NCBI GenBank assembly: GCA_965209035.1
Contig: OZ242372.1
Location: 1,280,001-1,344,000 of the forward strand
From: Gammaproteobacteria bacterium
GTDB lineage: Bacteria; Pseudomonadota; Gammaproteobacteria; CBDBNL01; JAAOII01
Direction: 5' to 3'
DNA length: 64,000 bases
In this document: positions 1 through 8,941 of the stretch, one piece after another
Layout of the letters: every line of letters begins with the position of its first letter
Position numbering within the stretch: the first letter of the stretch is position 1
Made by a program: the position numbers and the translations under genes
Notes under the pieces: generated by a model
What the model was told of the DNA's origin: nothing
The model's input: only the letters and a program-made list of their open reading frames with translations
The model's database searches: none

Positions 1-2484
1 TTTTTTGTCATCAAAGGTTTGTAATCTTAAAACACTGGCTAAGAATTCCCGTTCAAAATTGCTTGGCGTGAAGTCGTAGGGCAAATAATGAAATGTCTTG
101 TCTTTGTTATTCACCGCGGCAGTTCGCTGCTCCGGCGCCTGTAGCATATCCGGGCTTAACCCCCGTCGTATTAATACCTGCTGCGCTTTTTTAAAATCCT
201 CCAATTCCTGTTCAAAAGTTGAATAGTCTTTGTCCAATTTCAAAATCCGCTTCACTTCTTCTGCGCCGGGGTAAAGGGCGGGGGATTTTTTGACAGGAGT
301 CAATTGTTCTACTCGCAGCAGGGTGGCTTGCTCCGGCACAGTTTCCGTTTTTTCCCACAGTGTATGACGAATATGAAAGCACAGCCGCACCCGACTGCGA
401 ATCTGTTCCAAAAAATAGGTTTCGTTCCATAAGCGTGTGCCGTCCTCTTCGCTTTCATATGTAATGGCTTTATAAATCCCTCTTAATAATTCTCGGTGTT
501 TTAATAGTTGTGCAATGTCGACTGTGGAAAAACTTTCCAGACTGATTTGCAACAGCCAATGGTTAAATATCGCCGGCTCTTCGCCCTTGGTTCTTATCAC
601 CTCGCGAACCCCCGTGCCGAGATCATCCAAGCCGGTTTTGGTGATACTAAAAAAATTGCGCATCTGTGACAGGTTGTGGCCCAAGTCCAGGAGTTTGCTT
701 TTTGTATCCGCGCTTTTTTCTTTTTCTATCCAAACATAGTACATTTTCAACTGATAAAAATCAATTCCCGGTTGCAGTTGCAAATGCTCCACACGCGCAT
801 GACGGGGCGTTTTCTCGGCCGGCAGCTCCCCCGGCTTTTCAATCTCCTCAATAGTGGTGTTCTGTTGTTGTTTCAGTTGGCTTTCAAGCAGCCGGGCGTT
901 GCCCTCATTCAACCAAATCAGGGCGGTTGCCTGCCCCGCCCCCGCCTGCCGCAGACATCTGCAACAGGTTTGCAACACCATATTCTTTTTACAGTCGCCT
1001 TCCTGCGACAGAATGACGCAAGTTAAACTGCGACAGTCCCACCCCTCTCTGCCGATGCCGACCAACAAAATATAGCGATGGGGCGAGGCGGGTGTGTCCA
1101 GCGCGCGAAAAGCGGCATCGCTCTCCGCTATGGCGGGATATTGTTTATTGCCGCGATGATAACGCAGGACTTCACTTTCGCGCAGGCCTAATTCGCCGGT
1201 TAATAACGGATACACTTCTTTTTCCAAAACTTCTATGGTGGGGCAGTAGATCGCCAGTTTGGCGATGCCCGCTGCCGGATATACTTTGTCGCCGTACTCG
1301 CGGCGGAACTCTTCAACACCGCGCCGAATGATTTCCGAGCGATCCAAATTCAATGCTCGGCGCACAATCGGCTGCTTCAAAAAATGACGCACCCCCTCCA
1401 ACAGAGAATAGTAGTACACCGTATTACTAATTTGCCCCATACGAAACCCGACGGTTTCACTCACCCGGACATTGTCTTTTTCCTCCAAATAAGGAGTTCC
1501 CGAAAATCCCAGAACAACGGTAATCTGCGATGCGCGATGATCGCACCAGCCGTTCACCACCTGACGCAGTTTGATATCACTGTCGGTTGCATGATGCACC
1601 TCGTCTATGAAGATAGCCAGCCTCGGTAACTTGCCAATATATTCGCGCAACTCATTGGCATTGGCAAGTTCCGCCGGAAACAAGTTTTTTTGGCCGTTCA
1701 TCCTGTTCAGAATCACCTTCTCCGCATTCACCACAAAGATATGATTAAAAGAGGAACGCAAGGCATTCGCCACCTTGACTGCGTTGGGGTTCTCGGTGCG
1801 CATGCTTTTTTTCTTTGACTTGCTTTCATCGAGCACAACAAACTTAATGTTGGACTTGATCCGCTTGGCAATATCCGCCGGCAAAACCCATTCCGGATCA
1901 AACGCATCTATAGTACGCAGGCTGGGACCGATGGAAGATTTTTGCGCATTGGGAATTAGAATCAGAAAGTTTTGTGCCAAATCTTTGTCATCCGGACTCG
2001 CTTCCGCCAGATACAAATCCAAGTAAATCAATGCCGCCATTAAATAGGTTTTGCCCGCCCCCATAGGCAAACTCATCAGATAGTCCGGATAGGCAACCCC
2101 ATAAAACATATCGCGAATGATTTGTTTGTAGTTCAATTTTTTTTGCTCCCGTATGATTGCCTGCTTCACCTCTTCCAGTTTGGCGGTATGCGCGTAGTTA
2201 AACAGAGAATGGGCGAGGCGATTACTTCGAAGAAATTTTCGTGCCGGCACATTGATATCCAGTTCGTCCAAGTTCAATTCTTCACAAAAAAAGCCCTCAC
2301 CAAATAAGTCTTTAAGTGGCTTGTTTTCCCCCATTATCTTTAAATACAAATAGGTTTCTATGGCTTCTATTTGCGGTTCCCGCAGGGCGCCGCGTTTGCG
2401 TATATAATCCAAAACACCTCGCATACTGCATCTTTCGGACTGACACCACTGACGGGCTTTCTTGGCGATGATGGTATGCAGCAT
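1..2484 (-). CDS. Type III restriction enzyme Res-like / DEAD-DEAH helicase (runs off left window edge)
   Basis: Manual translation from ATG at 2484 (MLHTIIAKKARQW...LREPQIEAIETYLYL). Walker A LPMGAGKTYL at ~2041-2070 and Walker B IFIDEVHH at ~1592-1615. No stop in the stretches checked (1-180, 2041-2484); probably missing from the ORF track because it leaves the window. Confidence 0.8.
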   Translation of the reverse strand, partial: MLHTIIAKKARQWCQSERCSMRGVLDYIRKRGALREPQIEAIETYLYLKIMGENKPLKDLFGEGFFCEELNLDELDINVPARKFLRSNRLAHSLFNYAHTAKLEEVKQAIIREQKKLNYKQIIRDMFYGVAYPDYLMSLPMGAGKTYLMAALIYLDLYLAEASPDDKDLAQNFLILIPNAQKSSIGPSLRTIDAFDPEWVLPADIAKRIKSNIKFVVLDESKSKKKSMRTENPNAVKVANALRSSFNHIFVVNAEKVILNRMNGQKNLFPAELANANELREYIGKLPRLAIFIDEVHHATDSDIKLRQVVNGWCDHRASQITVVLGFSGTPYLEEKDNVRVSETVGFRMGQISNTVYYYSLLEGVRHFLKQPIVRRALNLDRSEIIRRGVEEFRREYGDKVYPAAGIAKLAIYCPTIEVLEKEVYPLLTGELGLRESEVLRYHRGNKQYPAIAESDAAFRALDTPASPHRYILLVGIGREGWDCRSLTCVILSQEGDCKKNMVLQTCCRCLRQAGAGQATALIWLNEGNARLLESQLKQQQNTTIEEIEKPGELPAEKTPRHARVEHLQLQPGIDFYQLKMYYVWIEKEKSADTKSKLLDLGHNLSQMRNFFSITKTGLDDLGTGVREVIRTKGEEPAIFNHWLLQISLESFSTVDIAQLLKHRELLRGIYKAITYESEEDGTRLWNETYFLEQIRSRVRLCFHIRHTLWEKTETVPEQATLLRVEQLTPVKKSPALYPGAEEVKRILKLDKDYSTFEQELEDFKKAQQVLIRRGLSPDMLQAPEQRTAAVNNKDKTFHYLPYDFTPSNFEREFLASVLRLQTFDDKK

Positions 2485-2750
2485 TTGTTTGTATTTTGCG
2501 TTTTTTATTATTATATGGCTGAACTCTCTCGGGACTGTTTGTGTTGGACGAATTCCCCTCGGGCAAACCGCATCGGGATCCTCTGCTGGCTATTGAATGC
2601 CCGGGCGAGGTACATAAAATGATAAGCATAATGAGTTATCAGTCAATGGGGGATCACTTGGTGGGGAATCACTCGGTATCGGGTGAAGGTGCATAACAAG
2701 GGTTTGGGAAAAACCAAAAGCAACATTGGGGTGCAAGGGGTGCAGTCTCT

Positions 2751-3839
2751 GTGACAGAAATTCTTTGGGGGCTTGGTCTTGAGATTACCTTATCCCTGCT
2801 GGTCGGTGCTGGTGCCATCATGGTTGGTATTGGCAGTATCATTGCCGCTTATCGGATCAGTCGGGCACATTTTCAAGCCAACCGGGAAGCGATTTTTAAT
2901 CAGGCCGTTACCCATCTCGGCAACACGGATTCTGCGTCCGCCCGCCTGGGGGGTATCTATGGTCTCTATAACCTACTGGATCTGGAACCGAAGCGACTGC
3001 GGAGCGTTGCCGAAATCCTCTGTGCCCATCTGAGAGAAACCACTCAAGAAAAAGAATACATAAAAAAATATGAGAAAATCCCTTCCAACGAGGTGCAGTC
3101 TCTGTTGAATGTCCTCAGTGAAATCAACAAGAAGTTCAAACGCCCGGATCCGGACATTCCTCTTTTGGATCTGTCCAAGGCTTATCTGTTCGGGGCGAAT
3201 CTGGATAATATGGATCTGCGAGGGGCAAACTTATGGCGTGCCCAGTTGCAAGAGGTAAGCTTACTGGGCACCCGGTTGCAAGGAGCATGCTTACTCTATG
3301 CTCAATTACAAGGAGCACACTTATGGAATACCCAATTGCAAGGAGCAAACTTATGGAATACCCAATTGCAAGGAGCAAACTTATGGAATGCCCAATTGCA
3401 AGGAGTAAGCTTATGGCATGCCAAATTGCAAGGGGCAAACTTACAAGGTGCCCAATTGCAAGGAGCAGACTTACAGGGTGCCCAATTGCAAGGAGCATTT
3501 TCCAAAAAAGCTATGGTTGGAAAGGATGATAACTTGGAAGAAAGAATCAATCAGGTCCGGGGGAAGGACACCTCCCTCGAAACCACACTCTTTAGCGGCG
3601 GGATTGAGAAGAGCGAATTAGATAAAATTGAATCAAACTTAAAAAAATACGGGGCCCCTCGTCAGGAAGTGCGGGAGATCATAGATCGCATCAGACCCCA
3701 TGTAGGAAAGGACGCAAATTATACCTTGCCACCAAAGTCCGGGGCAACCACAGGCGTTCTGACAAATGCAATGGCGGACAAGATTATTGCTGACTACAAA
3801 AAATCACTGCAACCCGATTTAAGCGGCTCTGTTCAATAA
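2751..3839 (+). CDS. Membrane-anchored pentapeptide-repeat protein (paralog 1)
   Basis: N-terminal hydrophobic helix, RLGGIYGL...ILCAHLRE domain typical of this family, nine GAxLxxAQLQ decapeptides (3222-3491). Confidence 0.85.
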   Translation: MTEILWGLGLEITLSLLVGAGAIMVGIGSIIAAYRISRAHFQANREAIFNQAVTHLGNTDSASARLGGIYGLYNLLDLEPKRLRSVAEILCAHLRETTQEKEYIKKYEKIPSNEVQSLLNVLSEINKKFKRPDPDIPLLDLSKAYLFGANLDNMDLRGANLWRAQLQEVSLLGTRLQGACLLYAQLQGAHLWNTQLQGANLWNTQLQGANLWNAQLQGVSLWHAKLQGANLQGAQLQGADLQGAQLQGAFSKKAMVGKDDNLEERINQVRGKDTSLETTLFSGGIEKSELDKIESNLKKYGAPRQEVREIIDRIRPHVGKDANYTLPPKSGATTGVLTNAMADKIIADYKKSLQPDLSGSVQ

Positions 3840-4096
3840 CAAACACTAAGCGCAAGAGGGCAAAGACTCAAGGACTGATCTGTCCGAAAACTGCCCGCAA
3901 ACTCTTATAGACCAAAATCTTTAATTAAGAACTTTCTTTAAGGAAGTTTCCGAAAGTCGCGATGACCGGGACTTGGCGAGTGCCCCTCGGGCGGATCGCC
4001 ATCGGGATCCTCTGCCGGCTATTGAATGCTCGGACGATGCACATACAATGATAAACATAATGAGTTATCAGTCAATTCATCCGGGATACTTGGGGA

Positions 4097-5308
4097 ATGC
4101 TTGAGGATAAAGGTTTCAGAAAAACCAAAAACAACATCGGGGTGATTGCCAAGACACAAACCCGGTGGTTTGTCATATTTGGCCTGGCCGGAGTCGGCGG
4201 TATTATTGTCGGCTTGTATGTCGATCTTCCGGGCATTCAACGATACCTTGAATCCAACGAAGTACAGGTTCAATCCAACAAGGCACAGGTTCAATCCGAC
4301 AAGATACAAATTCAATCTAACCAAGAAGCGTTTAATCAAGCTATCACCCATCTCGGCAACACGGCTTCTGCATCCGCCCGCTTGGGAGGTGTTTATGGTC
4401 TTTATGACTTATTGAATCTGGAACCGGAGCGGCTGCCGAGCATTGTCGATATCCTCTGTTTCCATCTGAGAGAAACCACTCAGCAAGAAAAATACATAAA
4501 TGAATATGAGAAAAATCCTTCCAACGAGGTGCAGTCTCTGTTGAATATCCTCGGTCGCATCAACAAGGAGTTCAATCGCTCGGATCCGGACATCCCCCTT
4601 TTGGATCTGTCCGAGGCTTATCTAGTCGGGGCGAATCTGAAGGATCTGGATCTACACGGAGCAAACTTACATTTTGTCCGGTTGCAAGGAGCAAGCTTAT
4701 GGGATGCCCAATTGCAAGGAGCAGACTTACGGGGTGCTCAATTGCAAGGAGCAGGCTTATTCGGTGCCCGGTTGCAAGGAGCAAACTTACATTTTGCCCG
4801 GTTGCAAGGAGCAGACTTATTCGGTGCCCAATTGCAAGGAGCAGACTTATGGTATGCCTGGTTGCAAGGAGCACGCTTACGGTATGCCCGGTTGCAAGGA
4901 GCAGACTTATCCGGTGTCCAATTGCAAGGAGCAGACTTACGGGATGTCCAATTGCAAGGAGCATTTTCTGAAAAAAATTATAGACGGAAGGGAAATAACT
5001 TAGAAGAAAGAATCAATCGGGTCCGAGGGAAAGAGACCTCCCTCAATAGCACACTCTTCGGCGGCAGGATTAAGAAGAGCGAATTAAACGAAATTGAATC
5101 AAACTTAAAAGAATACGGGACCCCTGGTCAGGAAGTGCGGAAGGTCATAGATCGCATAAAACATCATGTGGGAAAGGACGCCAATTATATCTTGCCGCCA
5201 AAGTCCGGGGCAATCACAGGCACTCTGACAGATGAAATGGTGGACGAGATTATTGCTGATTACAAAGAATCCTTGAAACTCGAGTTTATAAACCCTGAAA
5301 TTCAATGA
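4097..5308 (+). CDS. Membrane-anchored pentapeptide-repeat protein (paralog 2)
   Basis: Same architecture with ten decapeptide units (4658-4957); different N-terminus containing 7-aa VQVQSNK-like repeats. Confidence 0.85.
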   Translation: MLEDKGFRKTKNNIGVIAKTQTRWFVIFGLAGVGGIIVGLYVDLPGIQRYLESNEVQVQSNKAQVQSDKIQIQSNQEAFNQAITHLGNTASASARLGGVYGLYDLLNLEPERLPSIVDILCFHLRETTQQEKYINEYEKNPSNEVQSLLNILGRINKEFNRSDPDIPLLDLSEAYLVGANLKDLDLHGANLHFVRLQGASLWDAQLQGADLRGAQLQGAGLFGARLQGANLHFARLQGADLFGAQLQGADLWYAWLQGARLRYARLQGADLSGVQLQGADLRDVQLQGAFSEKNYRRKGNNLEERINRVRGKETSLNSTLFGGRIKKSELNEIESNLKEYGTPGQEVRKVIDRIKHHVGKDANYILPPKSGAITGTLTDEMVDEIIADYKESLKLEFINPEIQ

Positions 5309-5838
5309 CAAACATTAAGTGCAAGAGAGCAAAGACTTAAGGACTGATCTGTCCGAAAACTGCTCGCAGACCCTTATCAATTAAGAACCTTTAAAGAAGG
5401 ATCCGAAGTCCGGTGATAGTGCTGAACTCTATTGGGACTGTTCGTGCTATCGGAGTCCCGCTCGCCAACACAGAGATATCCGCGCCGGCACATTCTTCTA
5501 TTTTCCCCTCGCAATTTTTGTGTTCGGTTGAAAAAACAGACAAAACAAGGGAACACCCGCCCGGATTTTATGCTAATATAAAAGTAAGTCGGCGCTTATC
5601 GGTGCCGATGGCCGGCGAGACCTACCGGGCTCAACGGATTGATCGCAAACGACGTGCTTATCGGCCGTTTGGCGGGATCATTCTGTTCCGTTTCTCGGAA
5701 ATTCTCCCGATATGATGAGTTGTAATTACTTATCATTAAAGACGCTTTAAAAGACGCTTTGGATCCGCGCACACAGATGCGCCTGTCCCAAGCGATAAGT
5801 ATAAGTTGAAGAACTGAAATTGTTCATTAGTTAATGAA

Positions 5839-7587
5839 ATGAAGAAAGAAACGGACAAGTTATCCGGCGGCGAACTGCTGATGCGCGCACTTGCGGACGA
5901 AGGGGTCAAATATATATTCGGTTACCCCGGCGGCGCATCCCTGCATATTTACGATGCGATTTTCCGGCAGGAAATCGTCCAGCATATTCTGGTGCGGCAC
6001 GAACAGGCCGCAACCCACATGGCGGACGGCTATGCGCGCGCCACCGGTGAGGCGGGCGTGGTGCTGGTGACTTCCGGCCCCGGCGCAACCAACGCGATCA
6101 CGGGCATCGCCACGGCCTATATGGATTCCATCCCGATGGTGGTCATCTCCGGTCAGGTCGCTTCCGGCTTGGTGGGGCAGGATGCGTTTCAGGAAACCGA
6201 CATGCTTGGTGTTTCCCGCCCCGTGGTCAAACACAATTTTATTGTTCAGGACACGCGCGACATTCCGCGCATCATTAAGCAGGCGTTTTACTTGGCGCGC
6301 AGCGGCCGACCGGGACCGGTGGTGGTTGACATCCCGAAGGACAAAACAGATCCGCATCAAAAATTCGCTTACAACTATCCGGAGCGGATCGCGATGCGCT
6401 CCTACAACCCGGTTCGGGAAGGGCATGCCGGCCAGGTGCGTAAGACCGTGAGCGCTCTTTTGGCCGCCAAGCGACCGGTGCTTTATGCGGGCGGCGGCAT
6501 TATTCTGGATCGGGCTTCGGATGAACTGCGCGAACTGACGGATACGATGGATCTGCCGATCACCAATACTCTGATGGGGCTGGGTGCTTATCCCGGCGAT
6601 GCCGAGCGTTTCCTGGGGATGTTGGGAATGCACGGCACCTATGCGGCCAACACGGCCATGCACAACAGCGATTTCATTTTGGCGTTGGGCGCGCGTTTTG
6701 ATGACAGGGTGACGAATAACACCGCTCTTTTTTGTCCGCACGCGCTGATCGCCCATGTGGACATAGATGCGGCAAACATTTCCAAAACCATTAATGCTCA
6801 TATCCCCATTGTGGGCCCGGTAAAGCGGGTGCTGCGGCAGATTCTGACGGAGTTGGAACAAAGAAAAGCCAAGCCGGCAAAGAGCGAGCGCGCCGCCTGG
6901 TGGAAACAGATCAACGATTGGCGGCGGCAGGCGCCTTTGGGTTACGAACCCGCCAAAAAGGGCGCGCTGATGAAACCGCAACAGGTGGTGGAAGCCCTGT
7001 ATGAAACCACCAAGGAGATGGATCCGTTTGTGACATCCGATGTGGGACAGCACCAGATGTTTGTCGCCCAGTATTACAAGTTTGCCAAGCCGAATCGTTG
7101 GATTAATTCCGGCGGCCTCGGCACCATGGGATTTGGTTTTCCCGCTGCCATGGGCATCCGCTTTGCTTATCCGGACAAGCCGCTGATTTGCGTTACCGGC
7201 GAAGGCAGTATTCAGATGTGCATTCAGGAGATGTCCACCTGTCGCCAGTATTCCATTCCGGTGAAAATTGTTAACATCAACAACCAAGCGTTGGGTATGG
7301 TGCGCCAGTGGCAGGATATGCAATACGGGGGCAGGCATGCGCATTCTTATATGGACTCCTTGCCGGATTTTATCAAACTTGCCGAAGCTTACGGACACAA
7401 AGGGATCCGGGTCACCAAGCCGTCCGAACTTGTGCCGGCATTCAAAAAAGCATTCGGCGAATACGCCAAGGAGTTGGTGTTTTTGGATATTTATGTGGAC
7501 CCGTCCGAGCATGTTTATCCGATGCACATTAAGGATCACGCCATCAACGAAATGTGGCTTAGCAAAACCAAGAGGACCGACCAATGA
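5839..7587 (+). CDS. ilvI: Acetolactate synthase large subunit
   Basis: FGYPGG, RHEQAATHMADGYAR, TSGPGATN, DVGQHQM and GLGTMGFG motifs. Confidence 0.95.
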   Translation: MKKETDKLSGGELLMRALADEGVKYIFGYPGGASLHIYDAIFRQEIVQHILVRHEQAATHMADGYARATGEAGVVLVTSGPGATNAITGIATAYMDSIPMVVISGQVASGLVGQDAFQETDMLGVSRPVVKHNFIVQDTRDIPRIIKQAFYLARSGRPGPVVVDIPKDKTDPHQKFAYNYPERIAMRSYNPVREGHAGQVRKTVSALLAAKRPVLYAGGGIILDRASDELRELTDTMDLPITNTLMGLGAYPGDAERFLGMLGMHGTYAANTAMHNSDFILALGARFDDRVTNNTALFCPHALIAHVDIDAANISKTINAHIPIVGPVKRVLRQILTELEQRKAKPAKSERAAWWKQINDWRRQAPLGYEPAKKGALMKPQQVVEALYETTKEMDPFVTSDVGQHQMFVAQYYKFAKPNRWINSGGLGTMGFGFPAAMGIRFAYPDKPLICVTGEGSIQMCIQEMSTCRQYSIPVKIVNINNQALGMVRQWQDMQYGGRHAHSYMDSLPDFIKLAEAYGHKGIRVTKPSELVPAFKKAFGEYAKELVFLDIYVDPSEHVYPMHIKDHAINEMWLSKTKRTDQ

Positions 7588-8111
7588 ACGACAGAGGAAA
7601 AAAACATATCATCGGTCTGCTGGTGGAAAACGAGCCGGGCGTTTTGTCGCGCGTTGTCGGCCTGTTCTCCCAGCGCGGTTACAATATTGAAAGTTTGTCC
7701 GTTGCGACAACGCAGGATCCGAGTTTGTCGCGCATCACAATCACCACCTACGGTGCCGAGAGTATCATTGAGCAGATCACCAAACAACTGAATAAGGTGG
7801 TGCCGGTTTACAAAGTGATGGAAATTTCCGAAAGCCGATTCATTGAGCGGGAAGTGGGGTTGATCAAGATACGGACCTCGGGCGATTATCGCGCCGAGAT
7901 CAAACGCATGGCGGATATTTTTGGGGCAAAAATTGTTGATGTAACCGCCACCACCTATACGCTGGAATTCACGGGTCGCGGTAAGGACCTGGATGCGTTT
8001 TTGAATATTTTGGAATCTTCGCACATTTTGGAATGCGCGCGCAGCGGCATTGTTGGGATGACGCGCGGCGACAAAGGGATATCCGTTAAGGCGCGGGAGA
8101 CCGAAAAGTAA
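7584..8111 (+). CDS. ilvH: Acetolactate synthase small subunit
   Basis: ACT domain LVENEPGVLSRVVGLFSQRGYNIESL; ATGA overlap with ilvI. Confidence 0.95.
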   Translation: MNDRGKKHIIGLLVENEPGVLSRVVGLFSQRGYNIESLSVATTQDPSLSRITITTYGAESIIEQITKQLNKVVPVYKVMEISESRFIEREVGLIKIRTSGDYRAEIKRMADIFGAKIVDVTATTYTLEFTGRGKDLDAFLNILESSHILECARSGIVGMTRGDKGISVKARETEK

Positions 8112-8168
8112 CAGCCCGAGCAAAACGAATCCTTCTACCCTACCTTATCCTACCCCCTACCCACTTTT

Positions 8169-8474
8169 ATGCCGGCGGAAAAAACAAACATTGACAGGGA
8201 GCAATTGATCCTGCTGCAAGAATTGGCAAGGCTACAAACAGACCCGGAACGCGCGGAAGAGTTTCGGCTGGAACTTGCCCGCATGCTGGAGTTGATCGAT
8301 CACCTGCGGCAAACGGATACCGAAGGAGTTGAACCGCTCACCAACCCTTGCGACGATATTCAACGACTGCGAACCGACGAAGTGACCGAAGAGGATCAGC
8401 GCGAGTTATTTTTGCGGAATGCGCCGCTCAGCGAAGCGGGACTTTATCTGGTGCCAAAGGTGGTGGAGAAATGA
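8169..8474 (+). CDS. gatC: Asp/Glu-tRNA amidotransferase subunit C
   Basis: LARL...DTEGVEPL...LRTDEV...NAP..GLYLVPKVVE; upstream of gatA/gatB. Confidence 0.92.
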   Translation: MPAEKTNIDREQLILLQELARLQTDPERAEEFRLELARMLELIDHLRQTDTEGVEPLTNPCDDIQRLRTDEVTEEDQRELFLRNAPLSEAGLYLVPKVVEK

Positions 8475-8935
8475 GAACAAAGATTATTAAAGAGGCAATT
8501 AAAGAGGCAGGGCGAATTTCGTTTTTTTCTTGTCGCCCGCCGCTCAGCGAAGCGGGACCTTACCCGTCTTTAAAGGTGGAGATAGCAGAGAAATGAGAAC
8601 AAAGATTAAAGCGGCATTAAAAAATAAATCGGCGATGCGAATTTCGTTTTTTTCTTGTCGCCCGCCGCTCAGCGAGGCAGGACCTTACCCGTCTTTAAAG
8701 GTGGAGATAGCGGAGAAATGATAACAAAGATTAAAGCGGCGATCACAGCGGCAATAAAAACAAAGATAAGCATTGCGATGCGATTTTTGTTGTTGTCCGC
8801 CGCTCGGCGAAGCGAGGCCTTACTCGTCTTTAAAGGTGGAGATAGCGGAGAAATGAGAACAAAGATTAAAGCGGCGATCACAGCGGCGATAAAAACAAAG
8901 ATAAGCATTGCGATGCGATTTTTCTTGTCGCCCCC
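8423..8935 (+). repeat. Four diverged ~115-135 bp tandem units derived from the gatC 3' end
   Basis: gccgctc(a/g)gcga..g...aaaggtgg...gagaaatga(g/t)aacaaagatt recurs at ~8423, 8539, 8664 and 8799. Confidence 0.9.
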
Positions 8936-8941
8936 TTGCCC

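Larger units (their letters stand above)
2554..5378 (+). repeat. Diverged tandem duplication (~2554-3910 vs ~3982-5378) including upstream and downstream non-coding DNA
   Basis: Shared catcgggatcctctg..ggctattgaatg..ataatgagttatcagtcaat upstream and aggactgatctgtccgaaaactg downstream of both genes. Confidence 0.85.

Noticed and set aside
212-2629. Many short ORFs listed in the track
   Set aside because: They overlap the minus-strand helicase frame.
3222-4957. 30-bp periodic repeats as a CRISPR array or DGR variable region
   Set aside because: In-frame coding repeats with only a few variable bases, no spacer-length unique sequence, and no cas or reverse transcriptase gene in the window.
5860-7584. 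Long antisense ORFs (574 aa here; also over the TSP3 repeats, tctC, PrpF, prfB, lpxD)
   Set aside because: Shadow frames of GC-rich or repetitive genes with no recognisable motifs.
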